A DNA stretch of 37,118 nucleotides from a virus. Location: positions 1-37,118 of IMG/VR virus record IMGVR_UViG_3300045988_101868; one strand, given 5' to 3'. A program made the translations under genes and the position numbers. Shown piece after piece: positions 31,401-37,118 of this stretch. The notes below the pieces were generated by a model. The model had not been told where the DNA came from. It did no database searches and worked only from the letters and a program-made list of their open reading frames with translations. The stretch's first letter is position 1, and every line of letters begins with the position of its first letter.

Positions 31401-32625
31401 AGCATTACAGCAAGAAAATGCACTTGAAAAGATTACAGCTACTAAGAATTTATCGGAAGTCAAAGAAACAATGAGTTCAAAAATGAAGGAGATTGATTCT
31501 GCTTATACACAGTTGGAGAAAAAACTCTCCAGCCGTGGTTACACAATGAATGATTTCTTTCAAAGTTACGGTACTATCAACGGTGGTATCAACTTTAGAG
31601 AAGAAAGTCAAATGTATGACGATATTAAGGAAATGTGTAATGCTTATGACGATTTGAAAGAGCAGTATAATGAGGCTACCGCAAAAGTTAATGAGCTTAC
31701 TATGACTAACGATGATTTGATAGATGTTCAAAAAGTCCTGAACGGAGACTATTCTGATGCCGCTGCAGTATTAATGGCATATAATCAACAGATGATTTCA
31801 CAAAATGATATTCTTTCCGCAACGGATGAAAATGGAGAAAAGATTTGGAAGTCACTAAGTGATGTTAAAGTAGCGGCGGAAGATAGCGGTAAAAATACAG
31901 TAATCGGTTTAGTCAAAGGTACTCAAACTTATAAAGACGCTCTCGTTAAAAACAGCAACGGACTTGCTAACATTGTATTAAGCGAATACGACAGTGCAAT
32001 GGGTATAAATTCTCCGTCAAAAGAAATGTATAAGCGTGGACAATATACAGTTTTAGGTCTTGTCAATGGTTTATCTGATACAGGTATAAAAGTACAGAGT
32101 GTCATTACCATGATGTTAAAGAATATAAGCAAAGCGTTAGAGCCTATAAAAACAGTTTTTTCAAATGTTTTTGAACCCTTGTATAACATCATCAAAAAGC
32201 CTCTTAACAATGTTTTAACCGGACTTGAAAATTTTATCAATGGCTTTATTTCTGCAATCAATAAAATGTTGTCGGGTGTGGACACGGTTGCAAATTCGAT
32301 AGGCAAGTTGTTTGGGCAGGAATGGCACGCAGGTCGGCTTGATAAGGTGCACATCCCCAAACTTGCTACAGGCACATATGTACCTGCTAATTACGGTGAA
32401 TTTCTTGCCGTACTTGGCGACAACAAGAGAGAACCTGAGGTAGTATCTCCTATTTCTGCTATGAAACAGGCTATGGCTGAAGTGCTTTCTGAATACGGCG
32501 GAGCGGGCAACGGCGGTGATATTCACATTACCTTGACTATGCCTGACGGCAGAGTGCTTTTTGAGGCTGTTGCTGATGAGAGCAACAAAATCAAGAAACG
32601 CACAGGCAGGTCCGCTTTTGCATAA
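28468..32625 (+). CDS. Tail tape measure protein
   Basis: 1385 aa. Core region GETETLKDLGIVMTQNALDNYAMANGWGK. Central TM-like segment. Start moved to ATG 28468 after AAAGGATGTG. Confidence 0.95.
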   Translation: MAVDGSLIFNTKIDTSGLNSDIARINKAIEAAQSKAQAGAKTTAQTAQNATQQVSNSADKIVDEVKNNTSDIGAQIQNIIADTERSAKSKAMSIASILKRTGMTQAEAMQAAWDKVNSSVSQQVKKTNSEVEQETEKTGKNIKENTDLYSKQVLDVLKSIDKNVADSSKNISEKVQKAVTLSASKAKQSLTTVRTAVDRLQSKAKMIGRTLLTAFGTAAVVSFGKESIELGSDLAEVQNVVDVTFSHMSASVDDWAKSAQKAYGLSETMAKKYVGTFGSMAEAFGFTEQQAFDMSTSLTALTGDVASFYNITQDEAYTKLKSVFSGETETLKDLGIVMTQNALDNYAMANGWGKTTSAMTEAEKVTLRYNFVLGQLSNATGDFARTQNSWANQTRILQLQFDSIKATIGQGLINAFTPLLNCINQFISRLSVAAQKFKDFTAQVFGYSTATSNATSSAVSDMSDLASQADSSTSEIEKTSEAAEDLKKNLAGFDELNVMSDTSDNSSDTSTQAPSSEIKSMQNALEQAMLESDRHTSKTIDNIVNSLDKVKNACVTIKNSWEKVWNNGTGEKVLENINSLINTFVSTVGDIAEAFTNAWDKAGLGDSVVQSFIDKWNSLVELLDTVGDTFRQVWNDGKGEKIWSNILEIIRNCNNYTETLRTKIKDAWEKNDKGKKIWENILGIVEDITGFLDDMSQIRLEWLEDLNLDPVAKAVETLSGAFRELLKACGDKLKQAYKTILLPLAKWTIEKVVPDLLNAFAGALKDISDIIEKISPSVLKAVAVGISAVATAVITFKTGKTIASGISEVTSAVKNISSVISANPLLVIASAITGIVLAVQAYNDCRWSNSEAKKFCDELQVISDDLQGTCDGITEKIENTLNTLDQNYAENTLIDNYQEKLETLLNKAELSPSEMAQLQTIVTYFEDNVDGFKDTWDRYVEISDGNTVNLKGNLGEVSSGLNNLIDNYQKTANAAALSALQQENALEKITATKNLSEVKETMSSKMKEIDSAYTQLEKKLSSRGYTMNDFFQSYGTINGGINFREESQMYDDIKEMCNAYDDLKEQYNEATAKVNELTMTNDDLIDVQKVLNGDYSDAAAVLMAYNQQMISQNDILSATDENGEKIWKSLSDVKVAAEDSGKNTVIGLVKGTQTYKDALVKNSNGLANIVLSEYDSAMGINSPSKEMYKRGQYTVLGLVNGLSDTGIKVQSVITMMLKNISKALEPIKTVFSNVFEPLYNIIKKPLNNVLTGLENFINGFISAINKMLSGVDTVANSIGKLFGQEWHAGRLDKVHIPKLATGTYVPANYGEFLAVLGDNKREPEVVSPISAMKQAMAEVLSEYGGAGNGGDIHITLTMPDGRVLFEAVADESNKIKKRTGRSAFA

Positions 32626-32637
32626 GGAGGGATAGGA

Positions 32638-33054
32638 TTGGGTGAATTTAAAGGCTATTTAATTAAATTCCCGAAAAACGGCTTGCAGTTTCCGCATAAG
32701 CTCATAGCTAAAGAGAGTTATCAAGCCACACCTTTACAGCGTACGGAGATTAAAGCCTATCGTGACAGCAACAACCTTTTAAGGCGAGTAACTTCGCCAA
32801 ACAACAAGACGAAGATTACATTCAATACCAAGGACGGTCTTACCCTTGCTGAAATGAGAACTATTCGCAGTGTTTTAAACGGTGCTATGTCAAATTCTCA
32901 GCAACGCAAGCTCAATGTTGAATACTGGGACGATGAACTTCTTGCGTACCGCACTATGACCGCATATATACCCGATATAACATACACGCCAAAGCTTATT
33001 ACCGCAGACAACATTAAATATGCGGCGGTAACATTTACATTTATTGAATATTAA
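32638..33054 (+). CDS. Distal tail protein candidate (small)
   Basis: First gene after the tape measure gene. TTG start after GGAGGG. Assigned by position only. Confidence 0.45.
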   Translation: MGEFKGYLIKFPKNGLQFPHKLIAKESYQATPLQRTEIKAYRDSNNLLRRVTSPNNKTKITFNTKDGLTLAEMRTIRSVLNGAMSNSQQRKLNVEYWDDELLAYRTMTAYIPDITYTPKLITADNIKYAAVTFTFIEY

Positions 33055-33057
33055 GAG

Positions 33058-34350
33058 GTGGTTAATTTGCTTGAGGTTTCAAGCCTGCACAAAAAGCAGA
33101 CTATTGAAAATCTGATTGAAAATATACTGACAATCTCATTTCCCGACGGTGAATATCCGGATATAACAGAGAAAAATATAGCGAGTGAAAGTATGAGCCT
33201 TACACAGTCAATTTGTGACGAAAGTAAATTAAAATTCGGCGGTTGTATTGCTTCTGAATTTGATATTGACCTTGTAAATTCAGACGACAGAATTTTTACA
33301 ACAGACCTTGTCGGTAAATGGATAAGTGTAAAATTAACGCAGCGTTTTCCGAGCGGAGAAAAGCTGCTGCCATCTGCAAAGCTGTTTTTAGGTACATCAC
33401 TTTTGCCGGGAGAAACCGTAGCTGCAAAGGAATATTATTTGTTTAGCGGTATTATTGACAGTGCCAAGCTTGACAAGAATAACCGCAATAAGCGACACAT
33501 TGTCGCTTATGACGCACTCTCTATGTTATATGATATTGACGCAACAAATAAGCTGTTTAATTTATGGAAAACTTATCCAAACGGCTATAAAATCGGCGAA
33601 TTGGTTGTGCTATGCCTTAACTACAACGGAAAGCATATGATTCAGGTCGAGGATAACAAAGAAATTCTCGACGAAGTAATAAACCAACAGTCAGGGCTTA
33701 CCGTGCGTGATTTTCCGACATATAATCAGGCGTGGCTTGAAAATTCAGACACGATTACATACGGCGAGATACTAAAAAATTGTTGTGAAATGCTCGGTTT
33801 ATTCGGTGCTGTTGTGCCGAATAAAGGTAAAGGTGTATTCAGATATATTGAACTTGGCAAAAATACAGAAACGTATGATTTTTACGAAAATCTATATGCT
33901 GAGGAATATAACAGCAGCGGCTATAACGGCTTTAGTTTTTCTTACGGTTACTCGTTAAATGACAGAAAAGCTAAAACCACCGTGGCAGAGTCACAGTGGG
34001 GCGAGGATGTTGTAACATATGATTTTACTAAAAATGTAGTCTGTTGGCAGAAAGATGACGGCATTGGCGGCGGACTGGTGCACGATGTGCAAAGTTTATT
34101 GCATGGAAAAACAGGCGAACGATTTTATAATTGTTCCTACACACCGCTTGCAGCTACTCTTGACGGCAGGCCTTGGGTGCAGATTGGTGACGGATTAGAA
34201 ATTGAAAGCTATGTTACTGATTCAAACGGTGATTTTGTCTATGATAACGCAGGACAACCTAAAAAAGAGAAAGTAAAAGCCTATGTGTTGAGCCGTACAC
34301 TGAGCGGAATTAAAGCTCTGACAGACAGCATAGAGGCAAAGGGGGAATAA
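33058..34350 (+). CDS. Tail-associated / baseplate hub protein candidate
   Basis: 430 aa, second gene after the tape measure gene. The start is GTG 33058 or TTG 33067. Confidence 0.55.
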   Translation: MVNLLEVSSLHKKQTIENLIENILTISFPDGEYPDITEKNIASESMSLTQSICDESKLKFGGCIASEFDIDLVNSDDRIFTTDLVGKWISVKLTQRFPSGEKLLPSAKLFLGTSLLPGETVAAKEYYLFSGIIDSAKLDKNNRNKRHIVAYDALSMLYDIDATNKLFNLWKTYPNGYKIGELVVLCLNYNGKHMIQVEDNKEILDEVINQQSGLTVRDFPTYNQAWLENSDTITYGEILKNCCEMLGLFGAVVPNKGKGVFRYIELGKNTETYDFYENLYAEEYNSSGYNGFSFSYGYSLNDRKAKTTVAESQWGEDVVTYDFTKNVVCWQKDDGIGGGLVHDVQSLLHGKTGERFYNCSYTPLAATLDGRPWVQIGDGLEIESYVTDSNGDFVYDNAGQPKKEKVKAYVLSRTLSGIKALTDSIEAKGE

Positions 34351-34355
34351 ATATT

Positions 34356-35096
34356 ATGGCATACACAAAAACAAATTGGGAAGACGCACCGAGCACAGCT
34401 ACGCCACTTTGCGCAGAAAGCCTGAACAAAATCGAAAACGGCATATACGAGAACAGCATAGACATAGCGCTTGCAGGTGGCAACATCAACACGCTAAGCG
34501 AGAGAATAATTGCGATTAACACAGCCTTATCTGCAAAGGCAGATAAAACCGAGCTTGAAGATGAAATAACAGACATTGACGAAACAGTGACAATGAAGAT
34601 TAATCTTAAAGCTGATAAGGACAGTGTAGACAATGCAGTCGCTCAGCTAAGCAAGCAAATTGCAGACAATAAGTCCTCAGCTGATGAGTCAATCAGTACT
34701 CTGAGTCAGACAGTAACAGACAACAAAGCAGCGACAGACAAGTCGCTTGCGGCTAAATATGATAGCTCAAATTTTGAGAGTGGTACAGGAACATTAGCAC
34801 CAGCCCAAGAAATATATGCTGGTTGCGAGGGCAGTTTTGTATATTCTAAAAATGGTAATATTGTAACTGTATCGGTCAATATTACGGCACTGCTCTCTCA
34901 TAAAAAATATATTCAGATGTCAGGTTTACCGTATGCGGCAAAAAACGAAAGTAGGTTGTCTAGTTTTGTTGTATATTCAACAGCAAATAAATTAATAAAC
35001 ATCAGACTTGACGGCTCTTGGATTTATGTCAGTTCAACGGACATTTTTGCAGAGGACGAAAAAATCAATTTCATTATTACTTACATAATCAGATAA
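34356..35096 (+). CDS. Tail fibre / receptor-binding protein
   Basis: N-terminal YTKTNWEDAPSTATPLCAESLNKIENGIYEN is typical of Firmicute prophage fibres. A central coiled coil is followed by a C-terminal head domain. Confidence 0.7.
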   Translation: MAYTKTNWEDAPSTATPLCAESLNKIENGIYENSIDIALAGGNINTLSERIIAINTALSAKADKTELEDEITDIDETVTMKINLKADKDSVDNAVAQLSKQIADNKSSADESISTLSQTVTDNKAATDKSLAAKYDSSNFESGTGTLAPAQEIYAGCEGSFVYSKNGNIVTVSVNITALLSHKKYIQMSGLPYAAKNESRLSSFVVYSTANKLINIRLDGSWIYVSSTDIFAEDEKINFIITYIIR

Positions 35097-35109
35097 GGAG
35101 CGAGTTACT

Positions 35110-35322
35110 ATGGAAATCAAAGAAAGAATTACACTCGATATGCTCACAAAAGACAGTGTAAGCGTATTAAGACAGAAGTTTATCAATCTCGGTGGCGAAG
35201 ATGTGCAGGTCGGTGAGAATGTCCGCAACGCATATATGAATTGTGAAAACGACAGGGAAATACTTAAAGCAGAGCTTTCAGAGGAATATTATAACGCTAT
35301 TATGGCGGTGTGGGAGGTATAA
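35110..35322 (+). CDS. Hypothetical protein between the fibre and lysis genes
   Basis: TAAGGAG RBS. Confidence 0.6.
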   Translation: MEIKERITLDMLTKDSVSVLRQKFINLGGEDVQVGENVRNAYMNCENDREILKAELSEEYYNAIMAVWEV

Positions 35323-35324
35323 AT

Positions 35325-36284
35325 ATGTCTTATAAATTTAAAGAAATATGGTGCAACAAAGGTAATTTTACAGAGGACAACAGAAAATCTTCGGAAATTG
35401 ATACACTTGTTATTCATTACACCGGCAACAACGGCGACACAGCAGAAAACAACGGTAACTACTTTAAGAATAATGTAGTTGAAACATCTGCACATTATTT
35501 TGTCGATGATACAACAGTTGTACGATCTGTCGCTGACAAAAATATTGCTTGGCACGCAGGTGACTGGAATATTAATTGTCGCTCAATCGGCATTGAGATT
35601 GCAGGCTCAACAAGTGAGTGCAAGGGAAAAACGCTTGAGAATGTAATTCTGCTTACTCAGCGACTTATGAGAAAGTACAAAATCAGTAAAGAGAGGGTGA
35701 TTCGTCATTATGACGCAAACGGCAAAATCTGCCCAGGGTTTTGGTGCGGTTCATCAGCAAAGGACAAGCTGTGGAAAGAACAGTTTTTAAATAAACTTGA
35801 GAGTAATTCTGAAAGCAAAGAGGAATCAAAAGTTGAAAAAGATGATAAACCTACGATTGAATATTGCGTATTTGCAGGCGGTAAGTGGTTACCAACTGTA
35901 AAAGGTTTATCAGACTTCGCAGGCATTGCCGGCGAGGCAATCAGCGGTCTTGCAATCAGAGTAACAAAAGGTAAGATTAAGTACAGAGTGCATATTAAAG
36001 GCGGTCACTGGCTTAGCTGGGTTACAGGCTTTAATCTTAATGATGATGTAAACGGCTATGCCGGTATTCTCGGAATGGATATTGATGCTGTACAGATTTA
36101 TTATACAACTCCTGCTGATGTTAAGTCCGCACACGGCAGCTACTATAAGGCTACATACAGAGTTTCTGCAGTTAATGAAGACTATTACGATTGGCAGCAC
36201 GATGACGAAAAAGACAGTAAGCAGGACGGATACGCAGGAACAAAGGGCAAGGCTATTGACCGTATTGAGCTTACTTTAACTTGA
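35325..36284 (+). CDS. N-acetylmuramoyl-L-alanine amidase endolysin (Amidase_2/PGRP) with three ChW-like C-terminal repeats
   Basis: VIHYTGN...AHYFVDD...AWHAG...IGIEIAG...RHYDANGKICPG. Repeats YRVHIKGGHWLSWV...GYAGILGMDIDAVQI and two degenerate copies. Start moved to ATG 35325. Confidence 0.88.
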   Translation: MSYKFKEIWCNKGNFTEDNRKSSEIDTLVIHYTGNNGDTAENNGNYFKNNVVETSAHYFVDDTTVVRSVADKNIAWHAGDWNINCRSIGIEIAGSTSECKGKTLENVILLTQRLMRKYKISKERVIRHYDANGKICPGFWCGSSAKDKLWKEQFLNKLESNSESKEESKVEKDDKPTIEYCVFAGGKWLPTVKGLSDFAGIAGEAISGLAIRVTKGKIKYRVHIKGGHWLSWVTGFNLNDDVNGYAGILGMDIDAVQIYYTTPADVKSAHGSYYKATYRVSAVNEDYYDWQHDDEKDSKQDGYAGTKGKAIDRIELTLT

Positions 36285-36304
36285 TTTGGAGGTATAACTA
36301 AACT

Positions 36305-36760
36305 ATGAAAGACAATATTATTCAAACTACTGTTTCAGTAGCTATCGGAGCATTGGCGGCTTATTTTAACATCTTATTAATTCCTGTTCTTGTTCTCTTT
36401 GCGGTAATGGTTATAGATTACTGCACAGGAATGGCATCTGCATACAAAAATAAAGAGATTAAGAGCAAGACAGGCTTGATTGGCATACTCAAGAAATTGA
36501 GCTATCTTGTTCTCGTATGCGTGGGCGGTGTTGTTGATTATCTCATCGGTGCAGGACTTGCCACAGCAGGGATTGAGTTTTCAAGCTATTATTTCGGCTT
36601 GATAGTTGCAGTATGGCTCATCATAAACGAATTAATCTCAATTCTTGAAAATCTATCGGAGTTAGGTACACCGATTCCGAAATTCCTTGTAAATATCGTC
36701 CGCCGATTGAAAAATACAGTCGAAAGCAAGACAGATTCAGAAACAAATAAAAAAGAATAG
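36305..36760 (+). CDS. Holin (phage_holin_4_1/TcdE-like)
   Basis: DYCTGMASAYKNKEIKSKTGLIGILKKL...ISILENLSELGTPIP. Several TM helices. Confidence 0.85.
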   Translation: MKDNIIQTTVSVAIGALAAYFNILLIPVLVLFAVMVIDYCTGMASAYKNKEIKSKTGLIGILKKLSYLVLVCVGGVVDYLIGAGLATAGIEFSSYYFGLIVAVWLIINELISILENLSELGTPIPKFLVNIVRRLKNTVESKTDSETNKKE

Positions 36761-36773
36761 CGTAAATAAATTT

Positions 36774-36814
36774 AGCCCCTCGAGTACCAAATTGGTATCC
36801 GAGGGGCTGTTTTT
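36774..36814 (+). terminator. Strong intrinsic terminator ending the late operon
   Basis: AGCCCCTCGAGTACCAA / TTGGTATCCGAGGGGCT long stem with two central mismatches, followed by GTTTTT. Confidence 0.8.
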
Positions 36815-36887
36815 AATTGTTATCATCAATAAACTATTTTTAAAACTTTTTCGTGTTATCAGATATTCGCAATGAATAAATATAGAT

Positions 36888-36910
36888 TGAGTATGTAAAT
36901 GAGTATGTAA
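36888..36910 (+). repeat. Direct TGAGTATGTAA repeats, 12-bp phasing
   Basis: 36888-36898 and 36900-36910. Confidence 0.5.
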
Positions 36911-36934
36911 GAAAAAGTCAGTAAACACCCGATT

Positions 36935-36987
36935 TTTTGAACTTTAAAGCTGACTAACATTTGACTAACATTTTTGAAATTTAAAGC
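36935..36987 (+). promoter_or_regulatory. Right-arm site cluster: TTTTGAAnTTTAAAGC, GACTAACAT x2, TTTTGAAnTTTAAAGC
   Basis: TTTTGAACTTTAAAGC (36935-36950). GACTAACAT (36952-36960 and 36963-36971). TTTTGAAATTTAAAGC (36972-36987). Confidence 0.55.
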
Positions 36988-37019
36988 AGTTTTAGGCAAT
37001 GTTTTACGGGAAACAGGCA

Positions 37020-37067
37020 AAAAGAAAAACCGCATACAAGCCTTAAAAACGGCTTGGTAATGCGGTT
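37020..37067 (-). terminator. tRNA terminator (right copy)
   Basis: Same hairpin and T run as 1..48. Confidence 0.6.
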
Positions 37068-37073
37068 TATTTG

Positions 37074-37118
37074 TGGAGCTGGTGAACGGACTTGAACCGT
37101 CGACCTACTGATTACGAA
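37074..37118 (-). tRNA. 3' 45 nt of tRNA-Thr(CGU). Partial at the window edge; the 5' half is expected beyond 37118.
   Basis: Same sequence as 55..99: anticodon loop TTCGTAA, variable loop AGGTC, T arm, acceptor strand, encoded CCA. Whether the 5' half follows cannot be seen. Confidence 0.7.

Larger units (their letters stand above)
1..37118. mobile_element. Integrated temperate siphovirus-like prophage, apparently complete, bounded by att direct repeats
   Basis: Identical 99-bp repeats at both window ends. Integrase lies beside the left repeat. Lysogeny switch, recombination/replication, packaging, head, tail and lysis modules are in canonical order. Confidence 0.9.
37020..37118. repeat. 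attR: attR: right copy of the direct repeat
   Basis: Identical to 1..99. Confidence 0.9.

Noticed and set aside
28689-32526. Several long minus-strand ORFs inside the tape measure gene (for example 28689..29150, 29868..30428, 31929..32375)
   Set aside because: They are antisense shadows of a 1385-aa gene with a clear tape measure signature. Their translations are low-complexity Ser/Leu/Cys-rich sequences, they lack an RBS, and they are fully nested.
34356-35096. Diversity-generating retroelement targeting the tail fibre
   Set aside because: There is no reverse transcriptase ORF anywhere in the window. No template/variable repeat pair is detectable around the fibre gene.
36737-36928. 63-aa minus-strand ORF after the holin gene
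   Set aside because: It spans the late-operon terminator and the att arm repeats, it lacks an RBS, and its composition is implausible.
1-37118. CRISPR arrays, rRNA genes, transposases or IS elements
   Set aside because: No regularly spaced repeats of CRISPR type, no rRNA-like sequence and no transposase-like ORF were seen. The only long repeat is the att pair.

Overview
The window is one apparently complete temperate siphovirus-like prophage (about 36.9 kb) from a low-GC Firmicute. Gene content looks Clostridia-like: an A118/SPP1-like head-tail module and ChW-like repeats in the lysin. It sits in the 3' half of a tRNA-Thr(CGU) gene and is bounded by perfect direct repeats of at least 99 bp (1..99 = 37020..37118). 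The layout runs as follows. attL and a tyrosine integrase (-). A lysogeny operon (-) with an XRE repressor, a mini ImmA-like peptidase and a DUF4041/T5orf172 protein. A divergent switch. A Cro-like early operon (+) with a DUF1351-like protein, RecT, an MBL hydrolase, a DUF4373/DnaD-like organizer, a DnaC-like loader, RusA, many small Zn-finger/HTH proteins, YopX, HNH, a MazG-like protein and a late-regulator candidate. Then TerS/TerL, portal, MuF, scaffold, capsid, connectors, major tail, chaperones, tape measure, baseplate/fibre, amidase endolysin, holin and attR. The unusual part is a set of A+T-rich insertions that carry their own promoters, and most are bounded by terminators. (1) A 2-kb island lies between the tail chaperone genes and the tape measure gene. 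It encodes a 2-TM protein with two RanBP2-type zinc fingers, an RHH protein with tandem operator repeats, a consensus-promoter antisense sRNA unit, a 67-aa protein and an ORF6N protein. This architecture resembles P22 sieA-immI. (2) A single-gene cassette upstream of terS encodes a DNPH1/nucleoside-2-deoxyribosyltransferase/TIR-fold-like protein. (3) The DUF4041/T5orf172 nuclease-like gene is co-transcribed with the repressor and faces a convergent promoter-to-terminator sRNA candidate. (4) An antisense-oriented Zn-ribbon/DUF4145 gene sits inside the early operon. Other observations: a MuF head protein with a JAB-like C-terminal domain, an in-frame TGA in the MazG-like gene, a yopX remnant beside the HNH gene, candidate ori iterons, and eight terminator-like hairpins inside the late operon. 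All family names come from motif recognition by eye; no database search was run. Three well-supported ORFs of 52-59 aa (3959, 14740, 21472) fall below the ORF-track cut-off.
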